Below are positions 38,288-46,872 of a stretch of DNA of 63,024 nt, one piece after another. A program made the translations under genes and the position numbers. Source of the DNA: Candidatus Goldiibacteriota bacterium (GTDB lineage: Bacteria > Oederibacteriota > PGYV01); contig JAFGWA010000050.1 in the NCBI GenBank assembly GCA_016937715.1, positions 75,311 through 138,334 of the forward strand, written 5' to 3'. The notes under the pieces were generated by a model. That model worked only from the letters and a program-made list of their open reading frames with translations, was not told the origin of the DNA and made no database searches. The number at the start of each line of letters is the position of its first letter. Within the stretch, counting starts at the first letter, position 1.

Positions 38288-38307
38288 GTTAAGAATCGGT
38301 TAAGAAT
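38288..38307 (-). promoter_or_regulatory. Tandem direct repeat ATTCTTAAC x2 with 11-bp period upstream of the phoB-like gene (best Pho-box candidate)
   Basis: The minus strand reads ATTCTTAACCGATTCTTAACAC, 40-59 nt upstream of the ATG. It is followed by a TAAGAT -10-like hexamer and an AGAGGTG RBS. Confidence 0.45.
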
Positions 38308-38339
38308 TGATATTTATTGCATAAAATCCTTACGCGCCC

Positions 38340-38819
38340 TTATAATATTTTAACCTGGTCCATTGATTTTACTATTATCTCCACTTTACCTTTATAATCC
38401 TTGACCCTTCCTTCAACCCTTACTTTTTTATTAAGAAAGTATTTTTCCGGAGTTTCAGGGAACTTAACAAAATCAGAGGCAAATATCACCAGAGAAAGCC
38501 CCTGTTTATAATTTTTATCAAAATTTAAAAAACATACCTTACCGCTGTTATACGACCCGACAATAACACCTTCTGTCACCACATACCTGCCTAAATATGA
38601 AGCGGCATCCTGCGGCTTTATCTTTACCATCTCTTTTGTTTCAAAATCCGAAACGGAACGGGTACTTGCCGGGAGCGCGGCTGAAATTTCAGAGGAAGCC
38701 GGGCTTATTTTTGATACCTTTTTTATCTCATCAATTATTAAAAATTTCACCGCAATAATTATAAGCAGAACCGCAAGGGTTACAAACCCTGTTTTTTTAT
38801 AAAAATCCCCATTGTTCAT
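38340..38819 (-). CDS. Membrane-anchored hypothetical protein; the C-terminal half looks OB-fold-like
   Basis: N-terminal TM (FVTLAVLLIIIAVKFLII). ATGA overlap with the upstream nuclease gene fixes the start at 38819. Confidence 0.55.
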   Translation of the reverse strand: MNNGDFYKKTGFVTLAVLLIIIAVKFLIIDEIKKVSKISPASSEISAALPASTRSVSDFETKEMVKIKPQDAASYLGRYVVTEGVIVGSYNSGKVCFLNFDKNYKQGLSLVIFASDFVKFPETPEKYFLNKKVRVEGRVKDYKGKVEIIVKSMDQVKIL

Positions 38820-39346
38820 CTCATTTCCCTCCCACCGGCTCCCTGTTCCCACACGCCTTTTTTAAACTGCCTGGCAATGTTTTCAAGCATAAGGAATTCT
38901 TTGGTCCTGGAGCATTCGGATTTGGCGTAAACATAAGCGTATCCGCTTTTAACCAGCTCCGCGTTTACCAGCACACCTTCTTTTGTATAAACGTATGCCA
39001 GAAGCCTTCCATATTTATCATTCATATTAAGGGTGTCATATTCTATTATTACTTCTTTCCCCTGTATAAGATTTTTAACATACGCTTTTGCTTCTTTTCC
39101 GAATTTCTGCACGGGCAGGTCAGGGTGATGAAGTTCCGGGGTGTCAATACCCAGAAGCCTTACAAGATTATCGCGTTCTTTTATCTTTATGGTATCCCCG
39201 TCTATAACCTGTTCAGTTACAGCGGTAAACTTTACCCATCTTTTCTTTTCATTCGCGGCTTTAATGGCAGTATTACCAAGCCATACAATTCCAAGCACCG
39301 CGGCAGTAAGAATGATTACAGAAACATAAAAATTTTTATTTTTCAT
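38816..39346 (-). CDS. Membrane-anchored/secreted thermonuclease (staphylococcal nuclease, SNase family)
   Basis: VIDGDTIKI, VRLLGIDTPE, FGKEAKAYV, GRLLAYVY, NAELVKSGYA. Confidence 0.85.
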   Translation of the reverse strand: MKNKNFYVSVIILTAAVLGIVWLGNTAIKAANEKKRWVKFTAVTEQVIDGDTIKIKERDNLVRLLGIDTPELHHPDLPVQKFGKEAKAYVKNLIQGKEVIIEYDTLNMNDKYGRLLAYVYTKEGVLVNAELVKSGYAYVYAKSECSRTKEFLMLENIARQFKKGVWEQGAGGREMR

Positions 39347-39412
39347 ATATTAACCCCTGTTATTTTTTAAAACTAAAATATTATAACATAAATTTGACAC
39401 ACTGAGGGACGG

Positions 39413-39446
39413 ATGCACGGAGGATCGGAGGGACGGAAGTAAAACC
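39413..39446 (+). repeat. G-box repeat
   Basis: TGAGGGACGGATGCACGGAGGATCGGAGGGACGGAAGTAAAACC. Confidence 0.8.
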
Positions 39447-39460
39447 AGATACCAAATCAA

Positions 39461-39492
39461 CTGCCGCGCCCTAAAAGGGCGGGCCTACCAAG
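39461..39492 (+). repeat. REP-like hairpin unit (variant CGCGCCCTAAAAGGGCGGGCCTACCA)
   Basis: Hairpin plus a CTACCA tail, preceded by ATACCAAATCAACTGC as at 39801-39818. Confidence 0.75.
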
Positions 39493-39550
39493 GCATTAAA
39501 ACAAGAAATCAAAACAAAAACCGTACATGTTGCTGCGGGTTTCAAAACAG

Positions 39551-39749
39551 GGGTTGGGTGTGTTTTTTCAGTGCGTGCCGCGTAAGCATAGTATGTATGC
39601 AGCAGAAACATTTTAATGCCACGCCGGCAGATTCGTAAGTGCCACGAATTCCCGGCTGCCAATGACGTTAACCTGCCTGTGGATTTAAAGTTTGTTTGGA
39701 TGCAAGAATACCAATTTGCGGCGCGTACTGAAAAAATATACCCAAGCCC
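39551..39749 (+). repeat. Copy C of the ~197-nt MITE-like / long-hairpin element
   Basis: GGGTTGGGTGTGTTTTTTCAGTGCGTGCCGCG ... CGCGGCGCGTACTGAAAAAATATACCCAAGCCC. Confidence 0.85.
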
Positions 39750-39756
39750 TGTAAAA

Positions 39757-39801
39757 CCGAGGGACTGATGCACGAAGGGACAGAGGGACGGAAGTAAAAA
39801 C
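39757..39801 (+). repeat. G-box repeat
   Basis: CCGAGGGACTGATGCACGAAGGGACAGAGGGACGGAAGTAAAAAC. Confidence 0.8.
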
Positions 39802-39815
39802 AAATACCAAATCAA

Positions 39816-39896
39816 CTGCCGCGGGCTAAAGACCCGCGTCTACCAGAACATAAAACCAAATCAAAAACACGCGCCCTAAAAGGACGCGGCTACCAG
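39816..39896 (+). repeat. Two REP-like hairpin units separated by an A/C-only linker
   Basis: CTGCCGCGGGCTAAAGACCCGCGTCTACCAG (39816-39846) and CGCGCCCTAAAAGGACGCGGCTACCAG (39870-39896). Confidence 0.8.
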
Positions 39897-39949
39897 ATCT
39901 AAACCAACTTTCCAAGCTGCCGAGCTTCTGAGCTGCTGAGCCGCCTTCT

Positions 39950-40840
39950 TTACCCGCGGGGATGGAACTTCTTATGCATGTTTTTTAACCTGCTTCTGTC
40001 AATATGCGTGTAAAGCTGCGTTGTGGAAATATCGGAATGGCCCAGCATTTCCTGCACGCTTCGCAGGTCAGCGCCGCCTGCCAGAAGGTGCGTGGCAAAA
40101 CTGTGCCTGAAAATATGCGGATATACGTCTTTTTCTATCTTTTCTTTTTTTGCGTATCTTTTTATAAGCTTCCAGACGCCCTCGCGGGTGAATTTCCCGC
40201 CGCGTTTTGTGACAAAAAGATTAGGACAGAACTTTTTTACAATCCCCATACGGACTTCAAGATAGCTTTTAATAGCGTCCACCACATATTCCCCTATCGG
40301 GACAAGCCTTTCCTTGGACCCTTTTCCAAAACACCTTATCACGCGTTCATCCATATCAACATCGGTAAGTTCCAGGTTTACAAGTTCTGACACGCGCACT
40401 CCGGATGAATATAACAGTTCCATTATAGCCCTGTCCCTTTTTCCTTCCGGCTTTGACATATCCGGCGATGACAATAAAGCGTCTATGTCCTGTTTTGACA
40501 GCACTTCCGGCATTTTTTTACGCGTTTTAAAAGTTTCAAGGTTTTCAAAAGGGTTTGTATCCGCGGCTTTTGTTTTTATCATATATTTATAAAGCCCCCG
40601 CAGGCTGACCAGCGCGCGCGCTATTGAAAGCGGGGAATATTTACGCGACTTCATGTAGAAAATAAAATCCACAATTGAATCTTCTGTTACTTCTATTTCT
40701 TTTCTCTCTTCCATATATTTAAGAAATATCTCTATGTCAGACGCGTAAGCCGAAGCGGTGTTTTTTGAAAGCCCTTTTTCATAAATGGTGTACCCTTTAA
40801 ATTTTTCTCTGATACTTTTTATGGAATCAGTCCCGCCCAT
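39950..40840 (-). CDS. XerC/XerD-family tyrosine recombinase
   Basis: RHSFATHLLAGGADLRSVQEMLGHSDISTTQLYTH with the catalytic Tyr; SAM-like N-terminal domain. Confidence 0.85.
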   Translation of the reverse strand: MGGTDSIKSIREKFKGYTIYEKGLSKNTASAYASDIEIFLKYMEERKEIEVTEDSIVDFIFYMKSRKYSPLSIARALVSLRGLYKYMIKTKAADTNPFENLETFKTRKKMPEVLSKQDIDALLSSPDMSKPEGKRDRAIMELLYSSGVRVSELVNLELTDVDMDERVIRCFGKGSKERLVPIGEYVVDAIKSYLEVRMGIVKKFCPNLFVTKRGGKFTREGVWKLIKRYAKKEKIEKDVYPHIFRHSFATHLLAGGADLRSVQEMLGHSDISTTQLYTHIDRSRLKNMHKKFHPRG

Positions 40841-41384
40841 TTATCAAACCCGCAAGCGCCTTTATTTTTTTCACGCACAAAGGTGATTTCTCCGCGGCTC
40901 CTGTTTTGTCCATATTTCCAAACGTCATAACAAACGGAGTTTTTATTCCGTTAACCGCAAACATTGAAGCAATCTCTGTTTTTGCGGGCAGAAAATACTT
41001 TTTTTTACCGCTGCCCGCGGTAAGGATTATAATGCCCTTTGTTTTGACGGCTGTTTTTTTCTTATTGTGCCTTTCCCACTCCGGCTGGTTTCTGTCTATA
41101 AAAGCTTTTAAGGGAGCGGGAACTCCGCAGAAATAAACAGGAGATGCAATTATGACTGTCTTTGCTTTTTTAATTTTTAGAATAAGCATGTCAGCGTCAT
41201 CGCGATACACGCACCTGAAAGTTTTGGAGCATTTACCGCATGCCGTGCATGGTTTTATTTTAAGGGAATTAATGTCAACTATACCGGCATTTTTTATATT
41301 AAGGAGTTTAAGAAGAATTTCCGCGGCTTTAGCAGAATTGCTTTTTTTCCGCGGGCTGGCATTTATTAAAAGTACGTCAGCCAT
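40827..41384 (-). CDS. Flavodoxin-fold NADPH-dependent FMN reductase / iron-sulfur flavoprotein-like
   Basis: LLINASPRKKSNS, CTACGKCSKTFRC Cys motif, IIASPVYFCGVPAPLKAFIDR. I prefer the ATG at 41384 over the track TTG at 41399. Confidence 0.7.
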   Translation of the reverse strand: MADVLLINASPRKKSNSAKAAEILLKLLNIKNAGIVDINSLKIKPCTACGKCSKTFRCVYRDDADMLILKIKKAKTVIIASPVYFCGVPAPLKAFIDRNQPEWERHNKKKTAVKTKGIIILTAGSGKKKYFLPAKTEIASMFAVNGIKTPFVMTFGNMDKTGAAEKSPLCVKKIKALAGLINGRD

Positions 41385-43404
41385 TTGTCCCGTTTGCAAG
41401 GTAGTCTTCTATGTAAGAGCGCAGCAGTTCCGCCACAGCCCAGGCATGCGATATTCTTCCGCGCGCCGTGTATGGAAAGTTGCCGTCAAACATCTCTGAC
41501 ACCGTTGATAAACCGGCGTTTTTAAGGTGTTCAAAGAACGGTTCATATACGGTCTCTATAAATTCAAGGCTTTCTTTTCCGCGTCCAAATGTTTTAAAAT
41601 ATGCCGATACAAAATGGCCCACTGTAAATCCCCATACCGTTCCCTGATGCGCGGCAGCGTCGCGCGCGTTCTGGTCGCCGTCATAGCGCTGTTTGAACAT
41701 CACATTCATGCTGCTTAAAGTACGCATTCCAAAAGACGTATAAAGTTCTTTAATTACCGCGTTCATTATTTTTTCTTTTTTTGCAATTTCCTCTATAAGG
41801 GGAAAAGGAAGGCTTATTGCCATTACCTGATTAGGCCTGACGCTGCTGTCGTTATTTATCCCGTCAATCACGTCATAAAGGTAGCCGCCGTCCGCGTACC
41901 AGAATTTTTCATTAAAACTTTTGTATACCTTATCTGCCAGTTCTTTATAGGACACGGACATATCCGTTTCGCCGTTATTATGGGATATTTCCTGCATTGT
42001 GCGCAGCGCGTTGTACCACAGGGCGTTTACTTCCACCGCTTTTCCCTGCCTTGGCGTGATGGGCGTTCCGTTTATTTTGGCATCCATCCAGGTAAGCTGC
42101 ATGCCGGGATACCCCGCGTCCAAAAGCCCGTCCGTGTCTGTATGAATATTATAGTCAGTTCCGTTAATATGTTTATGCAATATCCAGGTCAGCCTTTTAA
42201 AAAAGTCCGTCTGGGCTCCCACAAGCGCCGTGTCGCCGGTATAATCAAGGTATTTTTTTAACGCGTAAAAGAACCACAGCGTGGTGTCTACCGACATATA
42301 TGATATGTCATTTTTTTCCATTGTCATTTTAAGCGGAAGCAGCCCGTTTTTTTCAAACAGCATGGCGCTTTCAAGAACTTTTTTTGCCTCTTCAAATTTA
42401 TGCAGCACAAGAAAAATACCCGGCAGGGAAGCAAAAGTATCCCTGAACCACGTGTAATTTGCCCACGGAAGCCCCGCCACCATGTAAGGGGTGCCGTCTT
42501 CGCGGAAAACAACAAAAGATTCCGCCGCGGAGATAAGTTCCTGCACCGACGCCCTGTAATCATCCTCGCGCACGCAAGCGCCTGTTACTTCGCATATCTC
42601 GTGTATTTTTTTCACTTCCTGCGCGTACCTGCTTTTCAGTTCCGCGGTATTCATTTCAGGGACATCTTCGGTTGAAAAAACAATTGATTTCGGTTTATTA
42701 TATTCAAGGTCCAGCGTAAATTTGCCGACGTTATAAAGGTCTTCTACCGCGTCAAATCCGGACACGTCTTCTTTCATGTAAAAGAAGTCCCTGTACCATA
42801 CCCCTTCAAGTTCCACGTCGCCGCCGTCCGGCAGATAAATAAAAGCGGGCGGCATATTCATATACGCGTGAATTATGGTTTTTTTATTCCCGTTATCAAG
42901 TTTTACCGACGGGTCAAATATAGGCATTTCCCTTATCAGGTGTTCCGCTTCGCGGAAAGCAATAAGCGGGCGGATGTGAAGTTTTGCGTGGCTGTCCGGC
43001 GTAAGCACGGTATATGTGACAACAGTGCTGTTTGTGTCTTTCATAAGATAAACTTCTTTTTTAAGCCTTATATTGTCAATAAGGTAAAGAAACGTAACAA
43101 CATCATCTTTCAGCCTGAAGTTTTCAAGCAGGGAATACCCTTTGGGATAAACTGTCTTTTTATACTTATGCGTGGAAATATGGTAGATGTGCCCTGCAAC
43201 TTCAAGTTCTTCATCGCAATTGGGAAACATTACCATTCTGTTGTCAACACCGGGAAGTTTGGCAACCAAAAGGCCGTGATGCCTTCTGGTATTGGTCATA
43301 AGTATAGTGGAAGACGCATAGCTTCCGCGCCTGTTTGTAACTATCCATTCCTTCTCTGCCGCAACGTTAAAATCGTTGCAGATGTGCCTTCCAAAAGAAA
43401 TCAT
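41377..43404 (-). CDS. Amylo-alpha-1,6-glucosidase / archaeal-type glycogen debranching enzyme
   Basis: N-terminal TNRRGSYASSTILMTNTRRHHGLLV signature and a large (alpha/alpha)6-type C-terminal domain. Confidence 0.75.
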   Translation of the reverse strand: MISFGRHICNDFNVAAEKEWIVTNRRGSYASSTILMTNTRRHHGLLVAKLPGVDNRMVMFPNCDEELEVAGHIYHISTHKYKKTVYPKGYSLLENFRLKDDVVTFLYLIDNIRLKKEVYLMKDTNSTVVTYTVLTPDSHAKLHIRPLIAFREAEHLIREMPIFDPSVKLDNGNKKTIIHAYMNMPPAFIYLPDGGDVELEGVWYRDFFYMKEDVSGFDAVEDLYNVGKFTLDLEYNKPKSIVFSTEDVPEMNTAELKSRYAQEVKKIHEICEVTGACVREDDYRASVQELISAAESFVVFREDGTPYMVAGLPWANYTWFRDTFASLPGIFLVLHKFEEAKKVLESAMLFEKNGLLPLKMTMEKNDISYMSVDTTLWFFYALKKYLDYTGDTALVGAQTDFFKRLTWILHKHINGTDYNIHTDTDGLLDAGYPGMQLTWMDAKINGTPITPRQGKAVEVNALWYNALRTMQEISHNNGETDMSVSYKELADKVYKSFNEKFWYADGGYLYDVIDGINNDSSVRPNQVMAISLPFPLIEEIAKKEKIMNAVIKELYTSFGMRTLSSMNVMFKQRYDGDQNARDAAAHQGTVWGFTVGHFVSAYFKTFGRGKESLEFIETVYEPFFEHLKNAGLSTVSEMFDGNFPYTARGRISHAWAVAELLRSYIEDYLANGTNG

Positions 43405-43455
43405 GTCCCTGTGTTCCCCTTAAACTGTTTTTAATAAAACTTATCCAATAACCTG

Positions 43456-43476
43456 TTATCCCATATCCCATAAATA
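43456..43476 (+). repeat. Perfect copy of the 21-mer TTATCCCATATCCCATAAATA
   Basis: Identical to 3958-3978. Confidence 0.85.
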
Positions 43477-43483
43477 TAAGAAA

Positions 43484-43630
43484 CCGAGGGACAGATGCAC
43501 AGATGTACGGATGTTCAGCAAAACCGGCTTTTTCAGCCGTACTCTGTCGCTTATGCTTATCTGCTTATAGCTTAAACCGCTGTCTTTCTATTTCCTTCCG
43601 TCCCTCTGTCCCTCTGTGCATCCGTCCCTC
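43484..43630. repeat. Inverted pair of G-boxes flanking a GCTTAT-rich spacer
   Basis: 43484-43525 (+) and 43592-43630 (-; reverse complement = GAGGGACGGATGCACAGAGGGACAGAGGGACGGAAGGAA). Confidence 0.8.
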
Positions 43631-43635
43631 TATTA

Positions 43636-45165
43636 CTACTCCCACTCTATCGTCGCGGGGGGTTTATTTGAAATATCATACACCACCCTGTTTATTCCCT
43701 TTACTTCATTTATTACTCTTGAACTTATGGTGCTTAAAAGTTCATACGGCAGTTTTACCCATTCCGCCGTCATGCCGTCCCTTGAATGAACAGCCCTTAC
43801 GGCTAAAACATTTTCATACGTCCTTTTATCGCCCATTACGCCTACGGTTTTCACCGGAAGCAGGACTCCAAAAGTCTGCCAGATTGTAAAATAAAGGCCG
43901 GCCTTTTTTATCTCTTCTACAATTATATCATCCGCCCTCTTTAAAACCTCAAGTTTTTCTTTTGTAATATCGCCAAGTATCCTTACCGCAAGGCCCGGGC
44001 CGGGGAATGGCTGCCTCATCAGCACTTCTTCCGGTATTCCAAGCTTTCTTCCTATTTCCCTTACCTCATCCTTAAACAGGAATTTAAGCGGTTCCACAAG
44101 TTTCATATCCATTTTTTCCGGCAGGCCGCCTACATTATGGTGCGATTTAATGGTAACAGAAGGGCCTTTAACCGAAACGCTTTCAATTAAATCCGGATAC
44201 AGCGTTCCCTGCGCAAGGAAATGAAATTTGCCCAGTTTTTTTATATTCTTTTCAAAAACTTCTATGAAATAATTGCCTATTATTTTTCTCTTTTTTTCCG
44301 GTTCACTTACCCCCGCAAGCCTTTTTAAAAAACCCGCTTCCGCGTCCGCGTATCGCACATTTAATCCAAGTTTCTTATACATTGCCATCACGCGTTTTTC
44401 TTCATTAAGGCGCAGCAGCCCGTTATTTACAAAAACATTCACAAGCTGTTTCCCGATTGCTTTATTAATAAGAATTGCCGCTACCGTGGAATCAACGCCG
44501 CCGGACACGCCGCATACAACTTTTTTATTGCCCACTTCTTTTCTTATTTCGGCTATGGTGGTCTTTATGTATGATTCCGCCGTCCAGTCGCGCTTTGCTT
44601 TGCATATCTTCGCGAAATTACTTATTATTTTTTTTCCGTTCTTTGTGTGCACCACTTCGGGGTGAAACTGCACCGCGAAGAGGTTTTCTTTTTTGTGGCT
44701 GATAACGGCGTATTTTGACCCTGTCGTATAAGCCGCCACTTCAAAGTTTTTTGGCATAGCCGTCATTTTATCGCCGTGGCTCATCCATACCTGTTCTTTT
44801 TTCTTAAGCCCCGCAAGAAGCGGGCTTTTTTTAACGTGAAGTTCCGCGAAACCGTACTCCCTGTGTTTTGACCCCGCCACTTTTCCGCCGAAGAAATGCG
44901 ATATTACCTGCATACCGTAGCATATGCCCAGCACGGGTATTCCAAGTTCAAATATTCCCTTATCCGGAACCGGCGCGTCTTTTTCATAAACAGAAGAAGG
45001 GCTGCCGGAAAGTATTATACCTTTGGGGTTTAAAGCCTTAATATCCCCAAGTTTCATTGAAAAAGGGTGCACTTCGGAATAGATATTTAACTCCCTTACC
45101 CTTCTTGCAATTAGCTGTGTGTACTGCGAACCAAAATCAAGAACCAGTATCATGTCATTTTTCAT
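43636..45165 (-). CDS. guaA: GMP synthase (glutamine-hydrolysing)
   Basis: [33 protein letters not shown]-terminal PPATIEWE. Confidence 0.95.
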   Translation of the reverse strand: MKNDMILVLDFGSQYTQLIARRVRELNIYSEVHPFSMKLGDIKALNPKGIILSGSPSSVYEKDAPVPDKGIFELGIPVLGICYGMQVISHFFGGKVAGSKHREYGFAELHVKKSPLLAGLKKKEQVWMSHGDKMTAMPKNFEVAAYTTGSKYAVISHKKENLFAVQFHPEVVHTKNGKKIISNFAKICKAKRDWTAESYIKTTIAEIRKEVGNKKVVCGVSGGVDSTVAAILINKAIGKQLVNVFVNNGLLRLNEEKRVMAMYKKLGLNVRYADAEAGFLKRLAGVSEPEKKRKIIGNYFIEVFEKNIKKLGKFHFLAQGTLYPDLIESVSVKGPSVTIKSHHNVGGLPEKMDMKLVEPLKFLFKDEVREIGRKLGIPEEVLMRQPFPGPGLAVRILGDITKEKLEVLKRADDIIVEEIKKAGLYFTIWQTFGVLLPVKTVGVMGDKRTYENVLAVRAVHSRDGMTAEWVKLPYELLSTISSRVINEVKGINRVVYDISNKPPATIEWE

Positions 45166-45217
45166 GTGAATTTCCCGTAGTCTTTATTTTTTACCGGCAG
45201 CCAGGCTGCTTTATTTT

Positions 45218-46708
45218 TTATCCGTTAACCCTGTAATTGGGCGCTTCGTTTGTTATTGCAATATCGTGCGCGTGCGATTCTTTAAGCCCCGCGTTGGAAA
45301 TTTTTACAAACCTTGTGTCCCTCTGCAGTTCTTTTATTGTCTTTGTCCCGCAGTATCCCATGCCGCTTCTTAATCCGCCTATCATCTGATGAACGGTGGA
45401 CGACAGCCCGCCCCTAAAAGGCACGCGGCCTTCAATTCCTTCGGGTACAAGTTTATCTTCTTCCTCATCCCACTGAAAATATCTTTCCCTGCCGCCGCGT
45501 TTTTTCATTGCCGCAAGCGAACCCATTCCCCTGTGTACTTTAAAACTTCTGCCTTCCAATAACACGGTTTCTCCCGGGCTTTCTTCAGTTCCCGCGAAAA
45601 GCCCGCCTATCATAACAGAATCCGCGCCTGCCGCTATCGCCTTTACTATATCGCCGGAGTATTTGATACCGCCGTCAGCAATTACCGGAATACCTTTTTT
45701 TGAAGCAGCTTTAACGCAGTCCATAATAGCCGTCACCTGCGGTACTCCCATGCCGGAAATTATTCTTGTGGTACAGATAGAGCCGGGCCCCATCCCTACT
45801 TTTATGCCGTCAGCACCCGCCGCTATAAGGTCACGCGCCGCGTCTTCTGTTGCTATATTTCCGCCAAGTATATCCACTGACGGGAATCTTTTTTTAACTT
45901 CTTTGACCGCTTTTAAAACGCCTTCAGAATGGCCGTGCGCCGTATCCACCACAAGCGCGTCAACACCGGCTTTTATAAGCGCTTCCGCGCGTTCCATCAT
46001 GTCATTACTTGGCCCAATTGCCGCTGCCACGCGCAGCCTGCCAAACTTGTCAACAGTGGCGTTTGGGTACATTAATTTTTTTTCAATATCTTTTATGGTA
46101 ATAAGCCCTTTTAATTCAAAATTTTTATTCACCACGGGAAGTTTTTCTATCCTGTTGTCGTGAAGAATCTGTTTTGCCTGTTCAAGAGTGGTGCCGGTTT
46201 TTGTGGTTATAAGTTTATCCGCCGGCGTCATAATTTCTTTGACAAGCTGTTTTTTGTTCTTTACAAAACGCAGATCCCTGTTGGTTAGGATGCCCACAAG
46301 CTTCCTGCCTTCTATAATAGGAAAGCCGGAAATGTGGTATTTGTTCATCATCTCCCCGGCTTGCATTACGGTGGCGTCCGGCGGCAGGGTTACGGGATCA
46401 AGTATCATTCCGCTTTCAGATCGTTTGACTTTGTCAACTTCCCTTACCTGCTCTTCAATTGTAAGATTTTTATGTATGACTCCTATACCGCCCACCTGCG
46501 CCATTGCAATTGCCATCCTGGATTCGGTTACAGAATCCATGGCAGCCGACACAAGGGGTATATTTATATGAATGTTTCTGCTGAACCTGGTCTTTGTCTC
46601 CGCCTCTTTTGGAAGTACGGCAGAACGCCTTGGTACAAGCAGAACATCGTCAAATGTAAGAGCCTCTTTAAGGATTTTGGATGAATTATTCATAACTTTG
46701 CGGATCAT
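45218..46708 (-). CDS. guaB: IMP dehydrogenase (with CBS pair)
   Basis: [33 protein letters not shown]. Start set to the ATG at 46708 behind AGGAGG. Confidence 0.95.
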   Translation of the reverse strand: MIRKVMNNSSKILKEALTFDDVLLVPRRSAVLPKEAETKTRFSRNIHINIPLVSAAMDSVTESRMAIAMAQVGGIGVIHKNLTIEEQVREVDKVKRSESGMILDPVTLPPDATVMQAGEMMNKYHISGFPIIEGRKLVGILTNRDLRFVKNKKQLVKEIMTPADKLITTKTGTTLEQAKQILHDNRIEKLPVVNKNFELKGLITIKDIEKKLMYPNATVDKFGRLRVAAAIGPSNDMMERAEALIKAGVDALVVDTAHGHSEGVLKAVKEVKKRFPSVDILGGNIATEDAARDLIAAGADGIKVGMGPGSICTTRIISGMGVPQVTAIMDCVKAASKKGIPVIADGGIKYSGDIVKAIAAGADSVMIGGLFAGTEESPGETVLLEGRSFKVHRGMGSLAAMKKRGGRERYFQWDEEEDKLVPEGIEGRVPFRGGLSSTVHQMIGGLRSGMGYCGTKTIKELQRDTRFVKISNAGLKESHAHDIAITNEAPNYRVNG

Positions 46709-46872
46709 GGTGTTTTCCTCCTTTTCAAGATAAAATATCACATTTACGGGTAATAGTCAATTTCATAAAAATAGATATAATAGGCTTTAAATTTTTGAAT
46801 TAAAAATAAACGTATCACATTATGAAAAAATAAGCGCCGTTTTTTAAAACAGAAAATTGCGGTTAAACAGTG

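Noticed and set aside
39551-39749. Assigning the 197-nt hairpin element to 6S RNA, which has a similar length and a long imperfect hairpin.
   Set aside because: There are three dispersed copies embedded among other repeats, with no recognisable central-bubble signature that I can verify and no consistent promoter or terminator. A MITE-like or novel structured repeat is the safer description.
39471-39815. A 114-aa ORF on the minus strand across the repeat nest. Similar ORFs lie over other repeat regions: 4005-4190, 4073-4327, 6241-6444, 43503-43889 and 60258-60467.
   Set aside because: They lie entirely within multi-copy repeats (hairpin element, G-boxes, REP hairpins), lack RBSs, and their reading frames are not conserved between repeat copies.
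39816-39896. Possible CRISPR array, suggested by the repeated hairpin units separated by A/C-rich spacers (also at 60308-60410).
   Set aside because: There are only 2-3 units per locus, and the units are not identical to each other (GCGGGCTAAAGACCCGC versus CGCGCCCTAAAAGGACGCG). Spacer lengths are irregular (23 and 45 nt) and low-complexity, and no cas genes are in the window. The units behave like REP/BIME-type repeats.
39950-40840. The tyrosine recombinase as the integrase of a mobile element or prophage bounded by the adjacent repeats.
   Set aside because: The protein has the size and C-terminal signature of housekeeping XerC/XerD. It overlaps a flavoprotein gene and is followed by core metabolism genes. 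There is no att-like duplication, and no phage or conjugation genes are present.
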